The position numbers and the translations under genes are program-made. Shown here piece by piece: positions 21,296 to 30,957 of a stretch of 64,000 bases of DNA. The notes below the pieces were generated by a model. That model saw only the letters and a program-made list of their open reading frames with translations. It made no database searches and had not been told where the DNA came from. The stretch's first letter is position 1. Each line of letters begins with the position of its first letter. Origin of the DNA: Meyerozyma guilliermondii (Eukaryota); NCBI GenBank assembly GCA_051546255.1, contig CP128817.1, positions 496,001-560,000 of the forward strand, written 5' to 3'.

Positions 21296-22471
21296 CTATT
21301 TATCTATGGCGTTACTATTCTGACGCAGGCGTCTTCTTGGAAGCGTTTCCGTAGTAGTCTCATCGTAATCGCTATTGTTCATGTTCTCAACGCTGACAGT
21401 AGAACCGTTGTCGAGATTGTATAGCTCCTTGTCTTTCTCTTCTTCTTCGCGAGGAGGAAGCATATTTTCCCTCACGTCATTAACAAACGACCAAATAGAT
21501 GACGAAACCGCTTGAAACATCTCTTCTGGGTTTCTAGATGCTCTTTGGGGCAGCAGAGATCGCAGGGATGTCCACTCTGTTGGAAGGTCTACATCATTGT
21601 TTTTTGAGCGTGAGCGTAATGGAGACTGGTATGATTCCTCAGAAGTACGTGGTTGTGGATTGGCTGAATTCAGCACTTGTGGTATCAACGACCTCTCAAA
21701 CTCATTTTGAAGCATAGAGTCAAACTGCTGTATGAAACCAAGAGGTTTGGAAAGGTTAGACCAGAGTCGAGATTTCGAGTCCGGCTCGGATTGTTCTGGT
21801 ACTGGTAGGTATTTTGACGGAGACGATGACGACGAGAGCGTACGCCTTCTAGTTCTGTTTTTGGTACTTGCAATTGCTTCATCACGAGGATTGCTGCTTT
21901 GTCGAACATGTTTGGACGAGCCTGTATACCCAGCACTCATCTCTTTGTAAAGTGATCTTTGGACCAATTCTCGAAGTCGGTGAAGATCCTTTTCGCCTTT
22001 GTGAAGGATCAGATTGAGCTGGCTGATCTTGTCTTTGAGCTCCACTATCCCCATTTCCTTGAGAGCCAAAAACTTGAGTTGGTCGTCTATGTCAAGCGAA
22101 GCTAGATGTTCATCGGAAGGAAGTTCAAGGTTATACCTGAGACCCTGGGATTCGTTTGCTGGTTGAGGCCATTCGGGTAGCTGAGGTCCGTCTGCGTCTT
22201 CTAGGAGTTGTGGGAGCGGATTATTGGTGGAAGCAGAGCTGCCTCGGCGGTGTTTCAGTGAGTGTGAATGAGATCTTGTGAGCGTATGTTTGTGTGAGAC
22301 TGGAGGGCTGGAGACAGAAATGGGCGATACCGCGATGTTTATGTTGAATCCCTTGCGATTGGAGCCTGCTGGAACCCCAGAATTTGATTTAGTTGAGGAT
22401 GGGGGACCAGAGTCTGATGACTGGGAGTGAGATACCAGCCGATGTTTTCGGGGTGATGGTGTAAGGTCCAT
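21296..22471 (-). CDS. TDA11: Tda11-like coiled-coil protein
   Basis: LALKEMGIVELKDKI coiled coil; SSIWSFVNDV motif; Ser-rich. Confidence 0.6.
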   Translation of the reverse strand: MDLTPSPRKHRLVSHSQSSDSGPPSSTKSNSGVPAGSNRKGFNINIAVSPISVSSPPVSHKHTLTRSHSHSLKHRRGSSASTNNPLPQLLEDADGPQLPEWPQPANESQGLRYNLELPSDEHLASLDIDDQLKFLALKEMGIVELKDKISQLNLILHKGEKDLHRLRELVQRSLYKEMSAGYTGSSKHVRQSSNPRDEAIASTKNRTRRRTLSSSSSPSKYLPVPEQSEPDSKSRLWSNLSKPLGFIQQFDSMLQNEFERSLIPQVLNSANPQPRTSEESYQSPLRSRSKNNDVDLPTEWTSLRSLLPQRASRNPEEMFQAVSSSIWSFVNDVRENMLPPREEEEKDKELYNLDNGSTVSVENMNNSDYDETTTETLPRRRLRQNSNAIDK

Positions 22472-22937
22472 AGTTATGCCTTCTTTAGATTATTGTATAG
22501 GTGGGAAGCTCAGAATATGGCGAGATCAGGGTCTAATTGGTTTTTCTTATAAATGGTGTAAGTGCTAGTTACTTCTTTTGTAAATATGATCCAGTTATCA
22601 GTGCGCGAAAATCAGAAGTTAACCAAACTACCATACTCACAACCTATTTGGTAGATTTCACGATCCAGCCCGAACAAGAAAACAAGGCACATTATTTTCT
22701 GTTGTTGTGTTGTATATCCTATATCAAGGCTTGGGTGTGCATTTTTTCCACTTTCAGCTTTTCCTTGGCGACTTTCTACGCGGTGGTCGTTGTCCTCGGT
22801 TGTGATAACAAGTTCAAAAAGACGAAACAGACAACAATTGTAGGAACCTCAGAAAGTACAATTGTGTAATCTGAGCCTGACTTGAAGCACACATTGCTAT
22901 TATTTATTCGAAGCCATTGATTTATTCCATTCCAGTT

Positions 22938-24134
22938 ATGTTAGCAGACGTTGATCCTGCCATTCAAAAATGGGCCAAGTACGTGCTTGTACTTCTCATA
23001 TGCCAAGTTCCAAGACCCTTTTCTTGGTCGTCATTTTTGACATTGAATCCTGCCATACGGCGTATCTTGAGAAAATACGCAGACGGTGACTTCATTGCGA
23101 AATGGTGTAACCCAGCAGCAACAATTTCTTCTCTAAGCAATGCTATCACTTGTGCATTCTTGTATCGGGCAAGTGTAAACAATGCTCGGATAGCTAAGGA
23201 TTACATGCTGATCTATCTACTTCTGACATATGTTGAAAGAAACTCACCATCGACGGAAATTTATGTTTCCAGGTTCTCAAAGTACAGAAAGTTGAGCCAC
23301 TACGATAGTCCAACCCTCAAGAAGTTGTACGAGAACAAAGAGCTTATTATCTTTCCCGCCTTGTTCGGTCAATTGCTTTCAAACTACCTCACGCCTACTC
23401 GTCTTGGGCTCAATAGAAAGTACCAGTCGCAACTTATCAGATCCAGAATATTGGACCCTATCTGGAGTAACTTTTCATTGGGTGTACGTTTCCACTACGT
23501 CAACTGGGGCGGGCTATTGCACAGGTATTTGATGCACAATGCTATTCTTGCTGCTTTCTTCCTCCTCACCACATTCAAGACCAAGTTTCTTGATCTCTAC
23601 TACAAAGTCAAGTATGACATGTCTGAGGAGCTGGTTTCTCACATCACCAAACAGTATCTCCTTCATGCAGCGCACATGGCCAATTCCTGGACCAACTTTA
23701 TGTATTTTCCCAATCTTATCTCAATGTTGCTAATTTCCTTATCGGCACCATTGATGAAACCGTCTAAACTGAAGTTGCTGCTCAAGACTTACATGAAATC
23801 CATAGGGTTCACTGCAGCGTTTGTGACGCTTATAGCTAATTCGATGGACTTTATACCCGACTGGGGTATCACAAAAGGTGGAGAGAACATACGTCATTTA
23901 TCCAAACAAAGCATTGACAAAGTCAACGACTACATCTTCCAAATACTCATACTTTCCAAATGGCGGATTTTGAAGGAGAATCATCGTCTATTTAGAGGTG
24001 TCAATTGGTCACGAATTGAAGCCGCCGTAATGAGTGTTGGCGTATATAAGCTCATGAGTTTGAATGAGTGCACCAGTGATGACGATGTCAAAAGTGACCC
24101 ATTGGTAAATGCTGTGGGGCACATTATGAATTGA
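22938..24134 (+). CDS. Uncharacterised multi-pass membrane protein
   Basis: 398-aa ORF with several hydrophobic helices; family not recognised. Confidence 0.7.
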   Translation: MLADVDPAIQKWAKYVLVLLICQVPRPFSWSSFLTLNPAIRRILRKYADGDFIAKWCNPAATISSLSNAITCAFLYRASVNNARIAKDYMLIYLLLTYVERNSPSTEIYVSRFSKYRKLSHYDSPTLKKLYENKELIIFPALFGQLLSNYLTPTRLGLNRKYQSQLIRSRILDPIWSNFSLGVRFHYVNWGGLLHRYLMHNAILAAFFLLTTFKTKFLDLYYKVKYDMSEELVSHITKQYLLHAAHMANSWTNFMYFPNLISMLLISLSAPLMKPSKLKLLLKTYMKSIGFTAAFVTLIANSMDFIPDWGITKGGENIRHLSKQSIDKVNDYIFQILILSKWRILKENHRLFRGVNWSRIEAAVMSVGVYKLMSLNECTSDDDVKSDPLVNAVGHIMN

Positions 24135-24173
24135 AAGATAGCACTTTTGTTGTAATATAGTTCTTAACCTACT

Positions 24174-24788
24174 CTAGTAACCACCAGCACCAGGAACCTT
24201 CTCCTTTCCCTTTAAATTCTTCAATATCTTACTGAATCGGCTCTTGTCTCTGTCACCCAGCGATACCTCGCCTACTTCTGTCGTCAACTCATTAACTCTA
24301 TCCCACAACGTTCCTTTCGACAAAAATTTGTCACGCTTCTCCAAGAACTGTTCCTCGTCCTTCAACACTTGCTGCGAACTCTGTTCCTTTTTGGTGTTGT
24401 AATTATCGTAGAAATCGTCTATTGTCTGCTGTGCCTTCTTGACAATTTCTTCCTTGGTTTTAGCATTGGCTTTCTCTCTTTCGGCGATCTCCAAATCACG
24501 TCTTTCCTTCCAATCTTTCAAAGCCTTCGAGTCTCCTAAATCTTTTGGTGCTTCGTATGCTGGTTCCTCGTAAGCTTCTGGCTGCTGGTGCTGAGCTGCT
24601 TCGGTTTGATCTACCTCGGGAAATTGCTCGTTGAATTCAGTGAATTCGTCGTCACTGTTCAATGCTTCTTTGTCGTTTTCTGTTTTGAATTCATCACCAA
24701 GCAATTCCTTTTCACGAGATAAAAAGTCGGAGTCGATGTTGTCACCTACTTCGGCGTCGACGTCGAGGGCGGGAAATTTGTCTGCCAT
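24174..24788 (-). CDS. CLC1: Clathrin light chain
   Basis: MADKFP, DFLSREKELLGDEF, ends VPGAGGY. Confidence 0.95.
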   Translation of the reverse strand: MADKFPALDVDAEVGDNIDSDFLSREKELLGDEFKTENDKEALNSDDEFTEFNEQFPEVDQTEAAQHQQPEAYEEPAYEAPKDLGDSKALKDWKERRDLEIAEREKANAKTKEEIVKKAQQTIDDFYDNYNTKKEQSSQQVLKDEEQFLEKRDKFLSKGTLWDRVNELTTEVGEVSLGDRDKSRFSKILKNLKGKEKVPGAGGY

Positions 24789-24934
24789 GGTATGTTGTAA
24801 GGTTCCGTGTTCGTTGTTGCGACCCACCGACACTACCCCGTAGCCTGGTGCATTGGGTGTGATTTCATATAAAACGCTAGTTATATCTGCAGGAGCACAC
24901 AGTTTGATCTAAACTGGTATACAATTGTGGTGTA

Positions 24935-26827
24935 ATGGCATCCAACGTGTCTCGGGCGTTGTCTTTGATAGATTTGCCCGAAGATTTGCTCCAGAATGTG
25001 TTTTCAAGACTCGACCAAGGAAATAAAGTAAATATCGGCCGTGTGTGTCGCAGATTTAATGCCCTAGTGACTCCACTTTTGTATGCCAACCTCTTTATTA
25101 CAAGCAGCAAATTCTCGACCGAACGTTTCCGGGACATCAAAGACTCCACATCTGAATATGAGTTGAGCAAATGGTCTATTGTAACCTTTTCATTTAGCGA
25201 ATCCGACTGCCCGTTCAAACAACTAGAACTGTCCTTGAGCCATCCCAGTAGAGCGGCTCTAGTCGATAAATTAATAACCGATGACATTTCGTTCGTGCTT
25301 TTCAAGCTCAAATTCTGGCAAAAACGCTTATTTCAAACTAAAGGTCCAAGAACCGTGTATTTTGGGAATGTTGCAACGAACCATTTCAGTATAGGTTATG
25401 ACGATGTGTTCCGATATTACATGTCGATAGAAGATTGGGTTTGCAATCTCACTAACCTACAAATGCGCAATATTCCTGAACTTCATCAGCTTTTGGCTGG
25501 CGTAGACGTACTGCGGTTCCATAACCTAACACTTAACTTTCATATAACTGACATTGGTGGCATAACATTGGCAAATTTGGAAAAGCGAGACCCGACTCAA
25601 TTCCCTCACTTCCTCACCCACGTTTCTCATCTCCGTGTTTTCAGTGTTCACAATCTTGGTCTTCTGTTTTTGCGGAACCTTCGCAAGGTATTTGGAGATG
25701 AGCTATTTCCATCACTTCGAACCTTGTCTCTTAATCACATCCACGGCCAGACGACTGGTACAGACCGGTTCAATTTCAATTCCCTATATGACTTGTCCAT
25801 GGAAATGGAGCTTTCTTTACAGGACATATTGCGAATAGTTAACGTGGATAGGTTGGAAAAATTGGAATTGAGTGTCGGTTGCAATCATATCTACTGTTCG
25901 CGAGATGGTATGCTACCTCACCTTGCTGAAATAGAAGAGAACGAATATTGTGGATGCTTGAATCGTTTTTTCAAAGAGCTTGCATCAAATATGGATCGTT
26001 TTCGTTCTCTCAAAAGTATTTCGATTTCAAAGATGGGCCACCTGGTTGTTGCAAATCCTTACAGCATTTATCACTTCAAGAAGGTGCTCATACTGTTTCT
26101 ACAACGTATCCCCAGACTAAAAAATATCACAATTGACACCAACTCAGCTTTATATCCTTATCACAATATGGTCGCAGACAAGAGATTTCGAGAGATGGTT
26201 GAAATCTTCAATGTTCAAAATTCAGAGCTTTATGGGGTTCTAAAAAATTCCTGCGAGTGCTTGGATTACGTCGACTACTTCGAATCTGTTCATATATGGC
26301 GTATGGCCACAGCAAAGACAGATTCATGTCTTTGCAACTCATGTCAAGATACGAAAGAACGGATGTTTGAGTTTGTCGGATTAAACCGCCAAATTCAGTT
26401 CTATCTCAATCCAACCATTGTAAAGTCTTCCTCAGAATACCTTTACGACTTGATAGCCACAGTTTGTGATATAATGCGTCGATCTTATTACTATCGAAGT
26501 GGAGATGCAATGACTTCGAATATGGGACCTGCAGGCATCTCCACTGCGAAAGCTGCAGCCGCACGTCAAATTTCTTCCCCTGAGCCCGGATTGTTTGCTA
26601 TCATGGGCTTGCTTGCAGATCAAATCAAGCTGCCACAAATTTCTCTTCATGATTTATTCAGCCATAATAACTACAAACAGTTGATATGCCCCGCTCACAA
26701 TATAGCTGAACGTGCTCGATGCTGGGCACCGGAACTCACATGCCGCTGCGATGGAACGGAATTAAGAAAGTTTGCTCAGTACATCCAACACCAGGCAACA
26801 GAAGGCTGCAAGGCAATCTCACCGTAA
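24935..26827 (+). CDS. F-box protein with leucine-rich, repeat-like body
   Basis: LIDLPEDLLQNVFSRLD..VCRRFNALVTPLLY N-terminal F-box. Confidence 0.8.
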   Translation: MASNVSRALSLIDLPEDLLQNVFSRLDQGNKVNIGRVCRRFNALVTPLLYANLFITSSKFSTERFRDIKDSTSEYELSKWSIVTFSFSESDCPFKQLELSLSHPSRAALVDKLITDDISFVLFKLKFWQKRLFQTKGPRTVYFGNVATNHFSIGYDDVFRYYMSIEDWVCNLTNLQMRNIPELHQLLAGVDVLRFHNLTLNFHITDIGGITLANLEKRDPTQFPHFLTHVSHLRVFSVHNLGLLFLRNLRKVFGDELFPSLRTLSLNHIHGQTTGTDRFNFNSLYDLSMEMELSLQDILRIVNVDRLEKLELSVGCNHIYCSRDGMLPHLAEIEENEYCGCLNRFFKELASNMDRFRSLKSISISKMGHLVVANPYSIYHFKKVLILFLQRIPRLKNITIDTNSALYPYHNMVADKRFREMVEIFNVQNSELYGVLKNSCECLDYVDYFESVHIWRMATAKTDSCLCNSCQDTKERMFEFVGLNRQIQFYLNPTIVKSSSEYLYDLIATVCDIMRRSYYYRSGDAMTSNMGPAGISTAKAAAARQISSPEPGLFAIMGLLADQIKLPQISLHDLFSHNNYKQLICPAHNIAERARCWAPELTCRCDGTELRKFAQYIQHQATEGCKAISP

Positions 26828-27010
26828 GCCTAAATCCCGATTTATGCATATACTCCACCAATGAGCAGAACTTTATATTTAGAAGTAAATGATTCTTAAT
26901 GCCGTCGATTGTCTCTTTTCCGTCCCGACTTCGATACCTCTATGCACCTTTCGTAACTCACACGATATAGTCTCTTCTGTGGCATAGATCGAAGAAAACC
27001 TCAACGTTCT

Positions 27011-27019
27011 TCACGTGAC
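27011..27019. promoter_or_regulatory. Cbf1-type E-box
   Basis: TCACGTGAC (reverse complement GTCACGTGA) about 420 bp upstream of the 27433 gene. Confidence 0.5.
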
Positions 27020-27432
27020 TTTTAGAGCATGTGCATACGATAGGGGCATATCCGCACTTCCGAGAGGTGATATACAGGTGCAAACATCTTTGCACCCAAT
27101 GCTGCGCCGGGTTCTTATCGGGAACGATTTCCATTGATCGGGTTTTGATTCACGAACTTTAGTTGCTCCTTTTTGACATTATTGTTACTGGACATCATCA
27201 TTTCAGCTTAGATTCAACTTCTGAACCAATCTACCTCGAGACACGTCCATACTTCTTGTCTACCCGGAAGCGCAATTTTCCATCGGATCGTTGTTCCGAG
27301 TCTATTTCACGGAACCGTGGAACCCGTATACACTATTAGAAGAGAAAAATCTTTATCTTCATTTCATCTTTCAACCATTTCAAGGTATAATACGCGCTTT
27401 TAATCGGCATTATTTACATCAAAACTGAAATC

Positions 27433-29304
27433 ATGTCAGTAGCTGGAGAATTTCTGTTGCAGCATAATACTCAACCAAGAGCAGAGTCACCGGAAAGTGA
27501 ATGTGAACTTCAGAGTTCCATCTCGACATCTTCTAGCTGTTGCTCTTTGGGAGCCATGGACTGCTCAGTCAACTTGTCTCCTACCAGACTCGAAAAATAC
27601 AGAACACCTCCTTCCCCTATATTTAGCGACCTGGAGGTAGACCCAGATTGCAAGTGCATGGAGACCGAGAGTCAGTTTTCCAATGAGCAAGATGATTACT
27701 TGCAATTTCTAGAACCATTTCCAGTGCAGGCTCCTCCTTACTCTCTGCTTGCTCCTGGAGGTTGTCCAAGGTTCCCCATCGAAGTGCCGGCCACTGCCCC
27801 TAATGAACCTTTACCTGAATACCTGCCATCAATATATAAGATCGGCATGGTTTCCCGCAAGATTGAATGGCTCTCTCCTTTCGAACCCTCACCTTCTAGA
27901 CTGTGGAAGCTGATAATCCTCGAGCTCAACTCCACTCAGCTCAACTTTTACTTCGTCCCCAGTAATTTGGAAGCACATTTATCCACTATACAAAGTACCT
28001 CGTCACTGACTGGTGCCGCTTTAAATTCTGTGGAGGAGCTGGATGTGCTGGTCATCAGTTCTCGCTTTACTTCGAATTCGGACTTGCATTTCTACAAAGG
28101 CTGTCAGCGCCTTGGCATCTTCGATCCTCTGAGAGCACATTTACCATCATCTGCATCATCACTTTTTGAAGAAGAACAAAGCCCCGTTCGCTACAAATCA
28201 TCAAAGAAAGGAGCTAGATTGATACGTTCTTATTCGTTGCAGCATGCTCAACTCGGACTAGCTGCTGACTACCTCAAGAAACCTAACGTTTTAAGAATTA
28301 GAGTGGAAAGCGAGCAAATACTACTTCATTTTGGCTCTACTAAGGAGTTGGTTGAGTGGCATTTCGCATTATCGATGGGTCGTGACATATCGTTGGACCT
28401 TGAGGATAGACATATTCCTCGCTACCGCACAGTCCCTAGACGCAGAAACAGAAATACTCCTATACTGGAGTCAACATTGGCTTTTATAGCATCCTCCACT
28501 CCTCTGCAATTATCAAGGCAAGACAGTATTGGACAATTCTATGAAGATCCTGTATCACGAGGAAGAGCCAGATCAAACTCTCAAAAGAGTATAGAGTCTT
28601 CAGCAATGAAGGCAAGGTTATCAAATATCAGATCCAAGTTCCGGTCCAATAACACTCCAGCTCCTCCCCCGTCCAATGATATTATCAAAGGTGGAAGAAC
28701 CACTGTCTTCAATGTGGGCGCAGATAACACGCCCGAGCCTATATACCCTACCAATAGAGGGTTTGTGAGGACATCTAGTGTGGACCGTGATGACAATGAA
28801 CTGATTGATGTCCAAAATATGAGTGATCTCCAAGGTTCTGATGATGAAGATGAAGACTACGACGATGATGTTGTAGCCTTTTCATGTAGTAATGGGTCTT
28901 CCGCAGCCGCTAAATGGGCCCCAGACCCAGACAACATCGTCTCGGAGAGAAAGTTCTACAGGAATTGCTTGAGGTGTATCAAGCCTCTCAACATGGATGA
29001 ACTGTGGGTGAATAAGCCTATGGTGAAGCCATCGTCCCTTTCACCTCTCAATTTGTCCTTCTTGAAACATGTGAAGTACGCCACATCGACGACGCACAGC
29101 AGCAGTGCAAGCTTGGCAAGTTTGAGCTCATCATTTTCCGCTTCACTGCTCATACAAAGTAACGCTCAGAAAAGTAGAAAGAAAAGCTTTTCCTTCAAAG
29201 ATAGCTTTATGTACTATTCTGATGGAGGTTTATCAAAAATACCTAACCACTTTGTGAAGGAGTTTACGGTTGGAACAACTGGATTAATGGCCAAGGAACT
29301 TTGA
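27433..29304 (+). CDS. PH-domain protein with PY motifs (YHR131C/YNL144C-like)
   Basis: PPYS and LPEY motifs, RKIEW.SPFE, ELNSTQL, SYSLQHA..GLA.DY.K..NVLRIRVESEQ. Confidence 0.75.
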   Translation: MSVAGEFLLQHNTQPRAESPESECELQSSISTSSSCCSLGAMDCSVNLSPTRLEKYRTPPSPIFSDLEVDPDCKCMETESQFSNEQDDYLQFLEPFPVQAPPYSLLAPGGCPRFPIEVPATAPNEPLPEYLPSIYKIGMVSRKIEWLSPFEPSPSRLWKLIILELNSTQLNFYFVPSNLEAHLSTIQSTSSLTGAALNSVEELDVLVISSRFTSNSDLHFYKGCQRLGIFDPLRAHLPSSASSLFEEEQSPVRYKSSKKGARLIRSYSLQHAQLGLAADYLKKPNVLRIRVESEQILLHFGSTKELVEWHFALSMGRDISLDLEDRHIPRYRTVPRRRNRNTPILESTLAFIASSTPLQLSRQDSIGQFYEDPVSRGRARSNSQKSIESSAMKARLSNIRSKFRSNNTPAPPPSNDIIKGGRTTVFNVGADNTPEPIYPTNRGFVRTSSVDRDDNELIDVQNMSDLQGSDDEDEDYDDDVVAFSCSNGSSAAAKWAPDPDNIVSERKFYRNCLRCIKPLNMDELWVNKPMVKPSSLSPLNLSFLKHVKYATSTTHSSSASLASLSSSFSASLLIQSNAQKSRKKSFSFKDSFMYYSDGGLSKIPNHFVKEFTVGTTGLMAKEL

Positions 29305-29383
29305 TTCACGAACTATTATAGCATAAAATCGCTTGATCATCAAGTAATATGTACAAGAATGATAGATGAAGACTATTGACAGC

Positions 29384-29989
29384 TTAAAATTTTAGCCGTT
29401 CCTTTATTTTTGTAGCCACTGCCCTTTCCTCGAATGCATTGATCATAATCTTACTCACCTGGTCTGAGAATAGAGAGCTGACCGTGTTGTAAAGTGGATT
29501 TTTAAAACTGTACTTCAAGTCTAATGTCACCTCGCAACTTGAAGTGGTGCCCACGTTCTTCACCTCTTTTAGGTTCCACTTGGTGTAAAGCAGGTCGAAT
29601 ACCAGTATACTCATAGATTCAGCAATAACCAGGACATCCTGTTGGCAACGAAGTTTACATTGAAACTCTTCATCAAATTGTTTCCACCCAACTCGTAAAC
29701 CAGCAGCCGTAGGAAGCCCCAGGGCATCTTTACTGCTAATGTAGGAGTTCTCAACAAAAGGAACAAACTCTTTATATCTTGAGACATCTGATACTATCTC
29801 AAACATTTTGGACGGTGATACGTTCACAACTTTTTTCACTTGGTACTCTTGAAGGCCATTGTCAAAAGTTCCAAATGGAGTTGGTAACTTGAAAAATGAT
29901 CTCTGCAAGGTCAATTTGTTCGATGCAATACGAAGAGAACCCCGTCGTATGGAGGGTATTTCCATGCCCATCTGCCTTATCATTTTCAT
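29384..29989 (-). CDS. COQ10: Coenzyme Q-binding START-domain protein
   Basis: IVSDVSRYKEFVPF, LRVGWKQFDEEF, FKNPLY, AFEERA; exact ATG uncertain (29989-29965). Confidence 0.88.
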   Translation of the reverse strand: MKMIRQMGMEIPSIRRGSLRIASNKLTLQRSFFKLPTPFGTFDNGLQEYQVKKVVNVSPSKMFEIVSDVSRYKEFVPFVENSYISSKDALGLPTAAGLRVGWKQFDEEFQCKLRCQQDVLVIAESMSILVFDLLYTKWNLKEVKNVGTTSSCEVTLDLKYSFKNPLYNTVSSLFSDQVSKIMINAFEERAVATKIKERLKF

Positions 29990-30131
29990 ATGTAAGAATA
30001 ATAATTTTTTGTCGCGAGTTGCCAAAGAAACCTAACGAGAATAATGTTGCTACTTAGTAAGTTACTTTAGCTTGATTTATTGATTAGATACACTTATCAA
30101 GGACTACAAGTAGTCAGGTGGCATGAGCTGC

Positions 30132-30449
30132 TTATTGGGCACGAGTGTAGATGGCTTGCTTAGAGTGCTTAAGAACTGGGACAATGATACCCTCAGCCTC
30201 CAAGTGCTTCAAGGCAACTCTGGCCATGGAACCACCAATCTTTAATCTGTCCACCAACACGGAGACGGAAACGAACTTGAATCCTGGAACTTCCTTCATG
30301 ATTCTGTCGTACTTCTCTTGGTCCAAGGTGATGACGTGTTGAGCCTTGTCCTTAACCTTTCCCTTGTTCCACTTCTTCTTACCCTTCTTACCACCGGCCA
30401 AGGCAGCAGCGGCCTTGGCGGCTTTGGTTTGTTGTATCTTTGGAGCCAT
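30132..30449 (-). CDS. RPS25: 40S ribosomal protein S25 (eS25)
   Basis: [40 protein letters not shown]. Confidence 0.98.
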   Translation of the reverse strand: MAPKIQQTKAAKAAAALAGGKKGKKKWNKGKVKDKAQHVITLDQEKYDRIMKEVPGFKFVSVSVLVDRLKIGGSMARVALKHLEAEGIIVPVLKHSKQAIYTRAQ

Positions 30450-30450
30450 T

Positions 30451-30734
30451 CTGTTTGTTAGTAGAGAGATTTAAAATTTTATGATGTGAGGAAATCGTAT
30501 TCGTGATGAAAAATCTTTCCAGCTGTGAATCACAAGCACCAGTTTGTCTTGTCTTGTCCATTTTGATTCACTCAGATGGGGGTGTTTTTGGTTATATGAA
30601 TTTGGAAAACGATGGGAAAAACCATTGTGCAATGAGTATTCTTTAAACTCTTATCATCTATATTCATCTTCCACAGTTGTTCTACTGATCATTCACAGTA
30701 TACCATTTCCTCACATAGTTATTTTCACACATAC
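30451..30734 (-). other. 5'UTR spliceosomal intron of RPS25 (284 nt)
   Basis: Minus strand GTATGT at 30734, TACTAAC at 30463-30457, CAG ending 30451, one base before the ATG. Confidence 0.85.
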
Positions 30735-30957
30735 TTGACTGGTTCTTGTTACTAACAAATTGTTCACTTCAGCTTTAAAATTTTCGCTGTCGCTCCTCGC
30801 GCGGGACCTGCAGATAAGGAGTAAGTGCCGGATTTTGTCACGTTTCTTCTGTGACAGTGCTCGATCCGCGTGCACTCGTCGAGGGCTCAACCTCGGTCGT
30901 CTAACAAACAAATGGTATGTAACTTGAATCCCAGCAAGTCCGACTTTCGACCAAAAC

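Noticed and set aside
22537..22869. 110-aa ORF in a divergent promoter
   Set aside because: TTG start, no in-frame ATG, no homology cues
27011..27120. CDEI-like TCACGTG suggesting a point centromere
   Set aside because: No very AT-rich CDEII or CDEIII; CTG-clade yeasts lack point centromeres
30480..30690. C/D-box-like words in the RPS25 intron
   Set aside because: The best C box (GTGATGA) is on the antisense strand; no canonical C box or rRNA guide on the transcribed strand
30912..30920. ATG followed by GTATGT upstream of NUP2, suggesting a first exon
   Set aside because: No downstream branch site, and ATG 30958 already gives the conserved Nup2 N-terminus
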